A DNA stretch of 64,000 nucleotides. It comes from Candidatus Latescibacterota bacterium (GTDB lineage: Bacteria; Latescibacterota; UBA2968; UBA8231). Location: contig CBDCNM010000002.1 in assembly GCA_965219385.1 (NCBI GenBank), forward strand, positions 2,986,305 through 3,050,304. Reading direction: 5' to 3'. This document shows positions 38,009-47,392 of the stretch, piece after piece (position 1 is the stretch's first letter; each line of letters opens with the position of its first letter). A model generated the notes under the pieces. That model was not told the DNA's origin and did not search any database. It saw only the letters and a program-made list of their open reading frames with translations. The position numbers and the translations under genes were made by a program.

Positions 38009-38443
38009 ATGCCTGAAAAGGGTGCCAACATATTCCGGGGCGAAGCCGACGAACTGCGCCTGAACCTGACCCCGATGATTGATGCGGTGTTCCTGCTGCT
38101 GATCTTCTTCATGGTGACCACGGTGTTTACCCGGCCCCACCAGCTTCAGATCGCCCTGCCGGAAGCGGTGAATTACGACCGGCTCAAAGAGAAAAAGCTG
38201 AATGTGGCGATTTCGGCCGAAGGCCAGGTGGAAATCAACGGCCGGCTGGTGGACATGGCGGATCTGGCGGGCTGGTTGGAAAAGGAAAAGAGCCGCACCA
38301 CCAGCACCAGTCTGATCATCAAAGCCGATGCCAAGTCCATGCACGGCCACGTCATCGATGCCATGGAGATCGCCAACCAGGTAGGGATGGCCAAGATCAG
38401 CGTGGAAACCGAGGAGTTGCGCGGAGTAACCAAAAAGGAATAG
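38009..38443 (+). CDS. exbD: ExbD/TolR protein (second copy)
   Basis: NLTPMIDAVFLLLIFFMV; IIKAD. Confidence 0.92.
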   Translation: MPEKGANIFRGEADELRLNLTPMIDAVFLLLIFFMVTTVFTRPHQLQIALPEAVNYDRLKEKKLNVAISAEGQVEINGRLVDMADLAGWLEKEKSRTTSTSLIIKADAKSMHGHVIDAMEIANQVGMAKISVETEELRGVTKKE

Positions 38444-38469
38444 TTCGGTAATGCGGAGAAACGGGTAGC

Positions 38470-39240
38470 ATGAAAGCATCGCGGAATACAGCATTTTGGG
38501 CGCTTTTTTGCATCGCTTTTGGATGCGGCTGCGCTGGTCTGATCCCCGCCCAGCTGGAATACCAGGTGAATGTACAACCTGTCCTGCCCGAAGGGCGCGG
38601 GGATATCTACGTGGATGAGGAAGACAGCTCCGTGGTCTTCAGCAAAGAAGGGGCCATGATCAAGATCAAGCTGTTGAGCGATAAAGAACTCAATCAGCGT
38701 TTCCCACGGTCCAACGACGGCCGCTTTGTCAATCCCTATTCCTACGCGGAAAAAGATCGGACCAAAGGGTATGTTCCCCCTCGTTTTACCGTGTTCGATA
38801 TAACCGTGATCAACGAAACCTATGCCAAAATCGAATTCGATCCGGCCAAGAGCGTCCTGATCACGGGCAGGGGCGCGGAGTTCCGCTACTACGATGCGGG
38901 TCGGGAAGGGGCCAATCCATTGGGGGGAAACAGTTTCAACAAGTACTACAGGATCGAGGCGGGGCGTACGGGAAACGAACTGCAGCTCAATATGGAGCGC
39001 AGGGGGCTCATCAACAGAAGCATCTACCACCGCCACCGGGCGGTCTTTAAAGGAGACAGACGCACGGGGCTGCTGGTCTTCGATCCGCTGCCGGAAAAGA
39101 CGCAGGAGATTCGTCTGGTGGTCAAGGAGTTTGTGCTCTCCTTCGACGCCAATGGGAATCCGGAGGAGACGGTGGAGGTCGAATTCGAGTTTGACATAGA
39201 GCAGCAGGTGGTGGAGGTCGTTGATTCGGGTGGCGTTTAG
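38470..39240 (+). CDS. Hypothetical lipoprotein (paralog of 26553-27383)
   Basis: FGCGC lipobox; YVDEEDSSVVFSKEG...LSDKELN...NPY...PPRFTVFDITVINET. Confidence 0.75.
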   Translation: MKASRNTAFWALFCIAFGCGCAGLIPAQLEYQVNVQPVLPEGRGDIYVDEEDSSVVFSKEGAMIKIKLLSDKELNQRFPRSNDGRFVNPYSYAEKDRTKGYVPPRFTVFDITVINETYAKIEFDPAKSVLITGRGAEFRYYDAGREGANPLGGNSFNKYYRIEAGRTGNELQLNMERRGLINRSIYHRHRAVFKGDRRTGLLVFDPLPEKTQEIRLVVKEFVLSFDANGNPEETVEVEFEFDIEQQVVEVVDSGGV

Positions 39241-39269
39241 CACGGACGAAAATAGACAGATGCAGTTTT

Positions 39270-39306
39270 GGGCCAGGGGTTTTTGGGTTAGCCCCTGGTC
39301 CTTTTT
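39270..39306 (+). terminator. Rho-independent terminator-like hairpin
   Basis: GGGCCAGGGGT-loop-GCCCCTGGTCC followed by TTTTT. Confidence 0.7.
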
Positions 39307-41208
39307 ATGGATGGATGTCGGCAAATGAGAAGCGTAAGTGAACTGTTCGCTACTTGGCGCAATCGGCGGGCAGCCGTGCGGGGATTGTGGCTCTGGCGTT
39401 TGGTGAGGCCCAGGGAGCTCTTACCCCCTTCCACCCCCCCAGGCAGTCCCGAGTCCCAGATCACCCTTTTCCCAGCCCAGCCCTCCACTGCCCCCTCCCT
39501 GCTGCCGCGCCCGCTCGCAGCCCCCACCGCCCTGCCGGCAAAATCCCCTCCCGGCCTTGAGGGCCGTATATCGACGGTATCTCGCGAAGTACTGATATTC
39601 GCCGCGGGACTGCTGCTCTGCGGATGTTCGGGGCCTCCTGAAGATCCCTCTGTGCTGGCAAAGGTGGGAGAGATCCGCATTAAAGCCGCGGACCTGCGGG
39701 CCTTTCAGGAGAAACTCCCGCCCAGCTATCGGCGCTCGAAGGTGGAGAAGGAGGCCCGGCGGGCGGATTTGCAGACCCTGATTGACCGGCGCCTCATGGA
39801 CCTGGACGCCCAGTCCCGGGAGCTGGATGGGGATGCACAGGTGCTGGAGAGTTTAAGGGAGCGCGAGGACGAGAAACTGGTTGATGAGATGATCAATCGC
39901 CAGGTCCGCGCCCGGGTTGCCTTCTCCGAGGAGGATATAGTACGGGAATACCAGGAGAAGGGCTGGGACGAGCAGGTCGAGACCCTGGAGTTTTTTGTGC
40001 CGACCAGGGAAAAGGCCGAGGTGGTGGTGGAACGTCTGGACAACGGGGTTGATTTCAATGAGGTGGCCCGTTCATACTCGGTGGATCGAGTCCTGAAGGT
40101 GCCTACCGGCAATCCCCAGAGTTTTACCTACTCTCCGTACGATCAACCCCGTGCGGTGGTCGAGGCGGTCTTTTCATTGTCCCAGGGCGGCACCACCGAA
40201 CCTGTTCCCCTGATGGATGGTTTTGTTTTCGCCAGGGTGGTGGAACGCCGCAAGGTGGAACTGGACCAGGTGCGGCACAAGGTCGAGAAAGAACTGGTAC
40301 GCAAAAACACAAAGTTATACCGGTCGCTGTACCTCATCGAACTGCGCAAGCAGTTCAATCTGGAGTTCAATCAGGACGGCATGGATCTGGTGGTCCAGGT
40401 TTTGCGGGATAAGGTTTCGCTGTCCGCGGCTCAGCGCGACACGGCGGTATATACCTACGAAGGAGGCGTCCTGAAGGTGGAGGAGGTTCTGGAGGCGGTG
40501 AAGAGGGTGAAGAGGGAATGGCCTCGGATCGAAGAAGGATACGTGATAGCATACCTCAAGGAAAACACCCTGCCCGACCGGTTGATGGCGCTGGATGGGC
40601 GCAACCGGGGAGTGGATCGAGAGGAGGCCTTCCAGCGGTGGCGGGAGCAAGAAAAAAAGGATCTCGTGGTCGCCCGTCTGCGAGCCCTGGTTCTGGAAAA
40701 AAAAGTAAAAATAACCCGGGAAGATCTGGAAGCCTATTACGAGGAGCACAAGTCCAGGTTCACCAATCCCGACCGCGCCCGAGTCCTGGAACTGCTGGTA
40801 AAAGACAGGGCCCGGGCTCAGGATCTGAGGCGACGGATCGAGGAAGGGGAGGATATGGCCGCCCTGATCCAGGAGCACAGCATCCGCGAGAACCCCAAAG
40901 ATGGAAACCTGCGGGTTTCCACCCCGCAGATCCCCTTTTATGGGGAGGAGTGGGTCAACGCGGTGATGAATGCCCCTTTGAACCAGGTGCAGGGGCCGGT
41001 CCAGACCAGGGGCGGGTACTCCATTTTCAAGCTGCTCGAGCGCTATCCCGAGGAGTTGTTCCCGCTGCAGGGGAAGGTGCTCAGATTGGTTCGCAATCGG
41101 GTGAAAGAGGAAAAGGAGCGGGAGATCTTCAATCAGTACCTGTGGGATCTGCGCCAAAGATATGCCAATGGAGTCGAGGTCTACCAAGAGCACCTGGAAC
41201 AACTCTGA
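39307..41208 (+). CDS. SurA/PrsA-like peptidyl-prolyl isomerase lipoprotein (two parvulin-like regions)
   Basis: LLCGC lipobox, VLAKVG..I, GVDFNEVARSYS, GEDMAALIQEHS, GPVQTRGGYSIFK. Start uncertain because of a Pro-rich leader. Confidence 0.75.
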   Translation: MDGCRQMRSVSELFATWRNRRAAVRGLWLWRLVRPRELLPPSTPPGSPESQITLFPAQPSTAPSLLPRPLAAPTALPAKSPPGLEGRISTVSREVLIFAAGLLLCGCSGPPEDPSVLAKVGEIRIKAADLRAFQEKLPPSYRRSKVEKEARRADLQTLIDRRLMDLDAQSRELDGDAQVLESLREREDEKLVDEMINRQVRARVAFSEEDIVREYQEKGWDEQVETLEFFVPTREKAEVVVERLDNGVDFNEVARSYSVDRVLKVPTGNPQSFTYSPYDQPRAVVEAVFSLSQGGTTEPVPLMDGFVFARVVERRKVELDQVRHKVEKELVRKNTKLYRSLYLIELRKQFNLEFNQDGMDLVVQVLRDKVSLSAAQRDTAVYTYEGGVLKVEEVLEAVKRVKREWPRIEEGYVIAYLKENTLPDRLMALDGRNRGVDREEAFQRWREQEKKDLVVARLRALVLEKKVKITREDLEAYYEEHKSRFTNPDRARVLELLVKDRARAQDLRRRIEEGEDMAALIQEHSIRENPKDGNLRVSTPQIPFYGEEWVNAVMNAPLNQVQGPVQTRGGYSIFKLLERYPEELFPLQGKVLRLVRNRVKEEKEREIFNQYLWDLRQRYANGVEVYQEHLEQL

Positions 41209-43129
41209 GCCAGGGGACAGCGGGCTGACCTGGCGCTCGGCAGGCCTGGGACTGTCCCTGGTCGTCCTCATTTCCCTGGGGGGCCCTTATTCGATCTGGA
41301 TGGCCGGTTCCTCGGAGATCACCTGGTCCCATTTCCCGGTGGGCGTGGGGGTGCCCTTCCTGATCATCGTTTTTTTCAATGCCCTGGTCCGGCGCCTGTT
41401 TTGCAACTGGGCCTTGCATCCGGCCGAGTTGGTGATCATTCTGGTCATGGGGTTGATCGCGACCACCATACCTATATTCATTGTCGGTACCTTTCTGGGA
41501 ATCATTTCGGCTCCTTATTATGCGGCTACGGTGGAAAATGAATGGGCGGACTACATCCAGCCCTACCTGCCGGAGTGGGCCATTCCAGGCGCTGAAGGAG
41601 AGGCCATGCGCTGGTTCTTCGAAGGCCTGCCTTCCGGATACGGCCTACCTTTGGATGTCTGGATCGGCCCGTTGTGCTGGTGGTTGAGCCTTATCCTGGC
41701 GATTTATTTCCTGTGTTTTTGCCTGGTGGTCATCCTGCGGCGGCAGTGGGTGGACCACGAGCGCCTGATCTTTCCGCTGACCGAAATGCCGCGCCTGCTG
41801 ATAGCGGACGGCGGTACGGCGCTGTTGCACGCCAGGATGTTCTGGATTGGCTGCAGCGTGCCGGTGGGTATCATCCTCTACAATTCCATCAGTTATTTCT
41901 ATCCGGGTTTTCCCCAGATCGGCATTCACCAGGCTGTCACGTTCCAAATCAGCCGGGAATTCCCGGTCGTGTTCCTGATGATATACCTGCCGGTAATGGG
42001 GTTTATGTTCCTGGCCAGCACCAGCATTTCGTTCAGCATCTGGTTCTTCTATCTAATCGCGGTGGTGCAGGAAGGGATCACCAACCGCTTTGGCTACGAT
42101 ATAACCCGCCCGGATCCCTTTGTCTGGGGGATGCAATCGCTCTCCTGGCAGTCCTGGGGCGCCTTTACCGCCATGGTAATATGGAGTTTCTGGATGGCCC
42201 GCAAGCACTTGCGAGCGGTGTGCCGCCAGGTGTTCATGGGCGGCAAAGAACTCGACGACCGCGAAGAAATGGTATCGTACCGCACAGCTGTATACGGCAC
42301 CTTGGGCGGGCTGACCTACATCCTGGCCTGGCTTTGCTACTCGGGCATGGACTTGCACGTGGCCCTGCTCTTTGTCTTCGGGGTTCTGGTCGCCTATATC
42401 GGCATTACTCGACTGGTCATCCAATCGGGTTTGTACTATCTCACCCCGCCGGTGGGCGGCCAGGCCTTTGCCCTGGCGGTATTGGGTACGGCAATAGCGC
42501 CCTCCAATCTGGTGAGTCTGTCTCTGTCTTATGCCTGGTTCGGGGATGTGCAGTCCATCTTCATGCCCACCGCGGCCAATGGCGCCAAGCTCAACGAGTT
42601 GTGTCGGGGCCGGCGCTCCATGGTCCTGGCCATGAGCCTGGCCGTGGTCGCAGGGTTTGTCGCCAGCATTTATTTCGTACTCTATCTGTGCTACAAGTAT
42701 GGGGGCGGCAACTTCCGCTCCTGGTATTTCATCGCCGGGGGCGGCGTGGGTGGCATGGCGTTTAATGGGGTGGTCCAGCAGATAAAAAATCCCTGGTTCC
42801 CGGACTGGGGCAAGTTGTCGTTTTTCGGCATTGGCACCCTGCTCTATTCCGTCCTGGCGGCTTGCCAGTACCGGTTTCACTGGTGGCCCCTGCACCCGGT
42901 GGGATTGGCTCTGGCTTCCTTGTGGATGACTCGACTGATCGCGGTCTCGGTGTTTTTGGCCTGGGCGGCCAAAAGCCTGATTTTGCACCTGGGCGGAATA
43001 GGGGCCTACCGCACGGCCCGGCCTTTCTTCATCGGCCTCATAGCCGGGTTCTTTCTGGGGGTAGGTATTTCCTATGGGATGGATCTGATCTGGTTCTATG
43101 GCAAGGGACATCCCATTCTCAACGGCTAG
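41162..43129 (+). CDS. DUF6785/DUF6784-like polytopic membrane protein, putative transporter, copy 1
   Basis: Highly hydrophobic; SEITWS.FP, LRRQWVDHERLIFPL, WWPLHPVG, PFFIGL. Confidence 0.75.
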   Translation: MPMESRSTKSTWNNSEPGDSGLTWRSAGLGLSLVVLISLGGPYSIWMAGSSEITWSHFPVGVGVPFLIIVFFNALVRRLFCNWALHPAELVIILVMGLIATTIPIFIVGTFLGIISAPYYAATVENEWADYIQPYLPEWAIPGAEGEAMRWFFEGLPSGYGLPLDVWIGPLCWWLSLILAIYFLCFCLVVILRRQWVDHERLIFPLTEMPRLLIADGGTALLHARMFWIGCSVPVGIILYNSISYFYPGFPQIGIHQAVTFQISREFPVVFLMIYLPVMGFMFLASTSISFSIWFFYLIAVVQEGITNRFGYDITRPDPFVWGMQSLSWQSWGAFTAMVIWSFWMARKHLRAVCRQVFMGGKELDDREEMVSYRTAVYGTLGGLTYILAWLCYSGMDLHVALLFVFGVLVAYIGITRLVIQSGLYYLTPPVGGQAFALAVLGTAIAPSNLVSLSLSYAWFGDVQSIFMPTAANGAKLNELCRGRRSMVLAMSLAVVAGFVASIYFVLYLCYKYGGGNFRSWYFIAGGGVGGMAFNGVVQQIKNPWFPDWGKLSFFGIGTLLYSVLAACQYRFHWWPLHPVGLALASLWMTRLIAVSVFLAWAAKSLILHLGGIGAYRTARPFFIGLIAGFFLGVGISYGMDLIWFYGKGHPILNG

Positions 43130-45140
43130 GGAGAATCTGTTTTTGGGAAAGGAGATTGGACAAAAGCCCCAGGGGCATCCCCAGGACCTCCACGGGAAGA
43201 AGGTGGCCGAATTGGGCCTGACCTGGCGTGCTCTTGGGGTAGGGTTGGGCCTGGTCGTCCTCATCAGCTTTGGAGCCCCTTATTCTCTGTGGATCGTGGG
43301 CTCTTCGGAGATCACCTGGTCCTATTTCCCCACCGTGGTAGGGGTATGCTTCATCCTGCTCCTCTTTGTCAATGCCCTGCTCAGGTGGCTGGTGCAACCC
43401 TGGGGCCTGGAAAGGGGGGAACTTATCGCCATCCTGGTCATGGGACTGGTGGCCAGCAGCATGCCCACTTTCATGGCCGGTTACATCCTCGCCATCATCT
43501 CAAAACCCTACTTCGACGCCACCACGGAAAATGCGTGGCCCATCTACGTCCAGCCCTATTTGCCTGAGTGGGCCATCCCCAGCCCCGCGGGAAACGCCAT
43601 GGAGTACTTCTACCAGGGTTTGCCTCTGAGCCGGGAACGCGTTCCCTTCGAGGTGTGGATCGGCCCCTTGTTCTGGTGGCTGGTCCTGGTCCTGGCCATC
43701 TACTTCGTCTGCTTCTGTCTGGTGGTGCTGTTGCGCCGGCAATGGGTGGAGCACGAGCGTCTGACCTTCCCGCTGGTCCAGGTGCCGCTGTTGCTCATGG
43801 AGGAAAAAGCGGGCTCGGCGCTGGCGCCGATATTCCGGGACCGCACTTTCTGGATCGGGGTTTGGGTGCCCCTGAGCATCATCCTCTACAACATCATCAA
43901 CTACTTCGAGCCGGGCATACCCCAGATCGAGGTCCAGCGCGGTGTCGCCGTGAAACTGGTCGAGGGGGTCTTTCCCCTCACCTTGATCCTCTACTTTCCG
44001 ATAGTGGGTTTTGTGTACCTGGTCAACACCGCCATCTCCTTCAGCGTCCTGTTCTTCTACTTGTTCACCATGTTGGAGGCCGGCCTGGTCAACTGGGCCG
44101 GCTACAACCTGACGCGGGTGGATCCCTTTGCCTGGGGCTGGCAACTGGGCCTGGCGTGGCAGGCCTGGGGTGCCTTTTTGGCCATGGTGGCGTGGAGCGG
44201 GTGGATGGCCCGGCAACACCTGTGGGCGGTGGTGCGCCAGGTCTTCATCGGCAGCGAGGAGATCGACGATGCCCGCGAGATGATCTCCTACCGGGTAGCA
44301 CTGTACGGGTTTGTGGTCACGACGCTCTTTGTCCTGGCCTGGTTGTGGCATTCAGGCATGGACCCGCACGTGGCCGTCCTCTGTTTTTTCACCGCTCTGG
44401 CCATCTTTCTGGGGATCACCCGGCTGGTCATCCAGACCGGGCTGCACCAGGTGACCACGCCGATGAGCGCCCAGGGACTGACCCTGGCCATCACCGGCAC
44501 GGCCATAGCACCGCACAACCTGGTGGCCCTGGGGTTATCCTATGGATGGTGCGGTGATGTCCAGTCCATCTTCATGACCTCGGCGGCACATGCAGCCAGG
44601 CTCAACGAGCACAGCCGGCGGCCCCGCCGGCTGACCATTGCCATCTTTGCCGCCACTGCCCTCAGCTTTATTGCCAGCACGTATTTCATGATAGAGCTGT
44701 GTTACGAGTACGGGGCCGGCAATCTGCGCTCATGGGGCTTTCTCCCCGGGAGCGGCGCCTCCGGCATGGCCTTCGGTCAGGTGGCGAGTCAGTTGCGGGA
44801 TCCCTGGCCCACGGATTGGGGCAAGCTGGGTTATTTGGGGCTCGGAGCCCTGCTCTACTCGTTGATCTTCGTGTGTTACTACCGCTTTTTCTGGTGGCCC
44901 CTGCACCCGGTGGGGCTCACCATCGCCACCTTGTGGATGACGCGTCACATCGTGGTATCGGTGCTCATCGCCTGGCTCTGCAAAAGACTCATCCTGCACT
45001 TTGGCGGGGTAGTACTCTATCGCCGCCTGCTGCCCTTTTTCATGGGTTTGCCGGTGGGATTTTTCATGGGTGTGGGTATATCCTATGCAGTGGACGTGAT
45101 CTGGTTTTTCGGCAAGGGCCACTCCATCCTGCACGGCTGA
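43098..45140 (+). CDS. DUF6785/DUF6784-like membrane protein, copy 2
   Basis: Same motifs; true start probably downstream, e.g. GTG 43203. Confidence 0.75.
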   Translation: MARDIPFSTARENLFLGKEIGQKPQGHPQDLHGKKVAELGLTWRALGVGLGLVVLISFGAPYSLWIVGSSEITWSYFPTVVGVCFILLLFVNALLRWLVQPWGLERGELIAILVMGLVASSMPTFMAGYILAIISKPYFDATTENAWPIYVQPYLPEWAIPSPAGNAMEYFYQGLPLSRERVPFEVWIGPLFWWLVLVLAIYFVCFCLVVLLRRQWVEHERLTFPLVQVPLLLMEEKAGSALAPIFRDRTFWIGVWVPLSIILYNIINYFEPGIPQIEVQRGVAVKLVEGVFPLTLILYFPIVGFVYLVNTAISFSVLFFYLFTMLEAGLVNWAGYNLTRVDPFAWGWQLGLAWQAWGAFLAMVAWSGWMARQHLWAVVRQVFIGSEEIDDAREMISYRVALYGFVVTTLFVLAWLWHSGMDPHVAVLCFFTALAIFLGITRLVIQTGLHQVTTPMSAQGLTLAITGTAIAPHNLVALGLSYGWCGDVQSIFMTSAAHAARLNEHSRRPRRLTIAIFAATALSFIASTYFMIELCYEYGAGNLRSWGFLPGSGASGMAFGQVASQLRDPWPTDWGKLGYLGLGALLYSLIFVCYYRFFWWPLHPVGLTIATLWMTRHIVVSVLIAWLCKRLILHFGGVVLYRRLLPFFMGLPVGFFMGVGISYAVDVIWFFGKGHSILHG

Positions 45141-45344
45141 GCAAACCTTCCAAAGATAAAAGTGGGGCGGTACCGTAGATTCTTCTGGCGCGAATAGGGA
45201 AACGGGCATTTATTATGCCAGCCTCAGAAGCCTTCTCAAGATTCCTGGTGCGCCCCGAGCCCGAGCGCATTGGCTGCCTTGTGCCAGGCAAAAGCGCCGC
45301 CGGGGGGGGTTGAGACGGCTCCTCAAGTGCAGGAAAAGTCCCGA

Positions 45345-47330
45345 GTGAAAAAATACATTCCACAACGCTTCCTGGACCATTTACAGACCCGCCGGCAAAT
45401 CGAGCTGGAGGGCATCGGCCTGACCTGGCGCTCTGCTTTTCTCGGCCTGGGGCTGGTCGTCCTCATCAGTTTTGGGGCCCCCCACTCCGCGTGGATCGTG
45501 CACTCCTCTGAAATCACCTGGTCTTACTTTCCCACAGGGGCGGGGGTGTCCTTCCTCCTCCTCCTCTTTGTCAATGTCCTGCTCAAACGTCTGCAGGTGG
45601 TCCGGCCGCTCAGCCCGGCGGAACTGGCCACCATCCTGGTCATGGGGCTGGTGGCCAGCGGCATGCCCACTTTCATCGCCGGGTACCTGCTGACCATTAC
45701 TTCGGAGCCCTTCTACGGGGCTTCCGACGAAAACGAATGGGTGACCTATATCCTGCCCTACCTGCCCGAATGGGCGGTCCCCAACCCCGATAATAAGGCG
45801 GTGGATTACTTCTACGAGGGGTTGCCCCTGGGCCAGGAGCAGGTTCCCTTCGAGGCCTGGATCAGCCCTTTATTCTGGTGGTTGATGCTGATCATGACGG
45901 TTTTTTTCGTGTGCTTTTGCATGGTGGTTATCCTGCGCCGGCAATGGGTGGAAAATGAGCGCCTCGCCTTCCCCCTGGTCCAGGTCCCCCTTATGCTGGT
46001 GGAGGAAAGACCGGGGTCGGTCCTGCCGCCGCTAGTCAGGGAGCGCACATTCTGGATCGGCGTCAGCTTGCCCCTGAGCATCATCCTGTTCAATATCATC
46101 AACTACTTCGAGCCGGCGGCCCCCAGGATCCCGGTCCAGTCGGGCATCATGAGCCTGGAACTGGTCAAGGGCGTTTTCCCCCTCACCCTGATCATCTACT
46201 TTCCGGTGGTAGGCTTCGTGTACCTGGTCAGTACCAGCATCTCGTTCAGCGTCCTGTTTTTCTATGTGTTCACCCTGCTGGAGGCGAGTCTGGTGCAGGT
46301 GGCCGGTTACAATCTGACGCGGGCGGATCCCTTTGCCTGGGGCTGGCAGCTGGGGCTGGCATGGCAGGCCTATGGCGCCTTTGTGGCCATGGTGGGGTGG
46401 AGCATGTGGATGGGGCGACACCATCTGTGGGCGGTCTTGCGCCAGGTCTTTACCGGAAGCGATGGGATCGACGATGAGCGCGAAATGATGTCGTACCCGG
46501 TGGCGGTGTACGGGTTTATCGCCGGAGTGGTTTTCATCCTGGCCTGGTTGCATCGTTCAGGTATGGACCTGATTGTAGCTGTGCCGTGTCTCTTCGCCGC
46601 TCTGACCATCTTCCTGGGGGTTACCCGGCTGGTCATCCAGACCGGACTGCACCACCTGACCTCGCCGATGAGCGCCCAGGGTTTTGCCCGGGCCATCACC
46701 GGCACGGCCATAGCACCGCACAACCTGGTGGCTCTGTCTTTGTCCTATTCGTGGTGCGGCGACGTGCAGTCCATCTTCATGACCGCCGCGGCCCACGCGG
46801 CCAAGCTCAACGAGCGCTGCCAGAAACATCGGCGGCTGGCCGTTGCCATCTTTGTTGCCGCTGCTCTCAGTTTCATTGCCAGTACGTATTTCATGCTGGA
46901 GCTGTTTTACGAGTACGGGACGATCAACGCCCGCTGGAGAGCGGGTGAAATGGCCTTCAAATCGCTGGTGAACATGACCACGGATCCCTGGCCTGTGATG
47001 GACCCGGGCAAGCTGGCTTATTTCAGTCTGGGCGCCCTGCTCTATTCCCTGATTTTTGTCTGCTACTACCGTTTTTTCTGGTGGCCGCTGCACCCGGTGG
47101 GACTCACAGTTGCCACGTTGTGGATGACCCGTCACATCGTCGTGTCGGTCCTCATCACCTGGACTTGCAAACGCCTCATCCTGCGCTATGGTGGGGTGGC
47201 GCTCTACCGCCGGTTGCTGCCCTTTTTCATGGGCTTGCCGGTGGGCTTTTTCATGGGTGTGGGCATATCCTATGCGGTGGACATGATCTGGTTCTACGGC
47301 AAGGGCCATCGCATCATGCACGGGGGTTGA
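45345..47330 (+). CDS. DUF6785/DUF6784-like membrane protein, copy 3
   Basis: Same motifs; start set at GTG 45345 by similarity of KKYIPQRFL to copy 4 KKGIPQKFL. Confidence 0.75.
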   Translation: MKKYIPQRFLDHLQTRRQIELEGIGLTWRSAFLGLGLVVLISFGAPHSAWIVHSSEITWSYFPTGAGVSFLLLLFVNVLLKRLQVVRPLSPAELATILVMGLVASGMPTFIAGYLLTITSEPFYGASDENEWVTYILPYLPEWAVPNPDNKAVDYFYEGLPLGQEQVPFEAWISPLFWWLMLIMTVFFVCFCMVVILRRQWVENERLAFPLVQVPLMLVEERPGSVLPPLVRERTFWIGVSLPLSIILFNIINYFEPAAPRIPVQSGIMSLELVKGVFPLTLIIYFPVVGFVYLVSTSISFSVLFFYVFTLLEASLVQVAGYNLTRADPFAWGWQLGLAWQAYGAFVAMVGWSMWMGRHHLWAVLRQVFTGSDGIDDEREMMSYPVAVYGFIAGVVFILAWLHRSGMDLIVAVPCLFAALTIFLGVTRLVIQTGLHHLTSPMSAQGFARAITGTAIAPHNLVALSLSYSWCGDVQSIFMTAAAHAAKLNERCQKHRRLAVAIFVAAALSFIASTYFMLELFYEYGTINARWRAGEMAFKSLVNMTTDPWPVMDPGKLAYFSLGALLYSLIFVCYYRFFWWPLHPVGLTVATLWMTRHIVVSVLITWTCKRLILRYGGVALYRRLLPFFMGLPVGFFMGVGISYAVDMIWFYGKGHRIMHGG

Positions 47331-47392
47331 ACCTCTGCGCGAGGGCACGGTGGCGCGAAATTAATATTGTTGCACCCCGTCGACCGGAAAAG

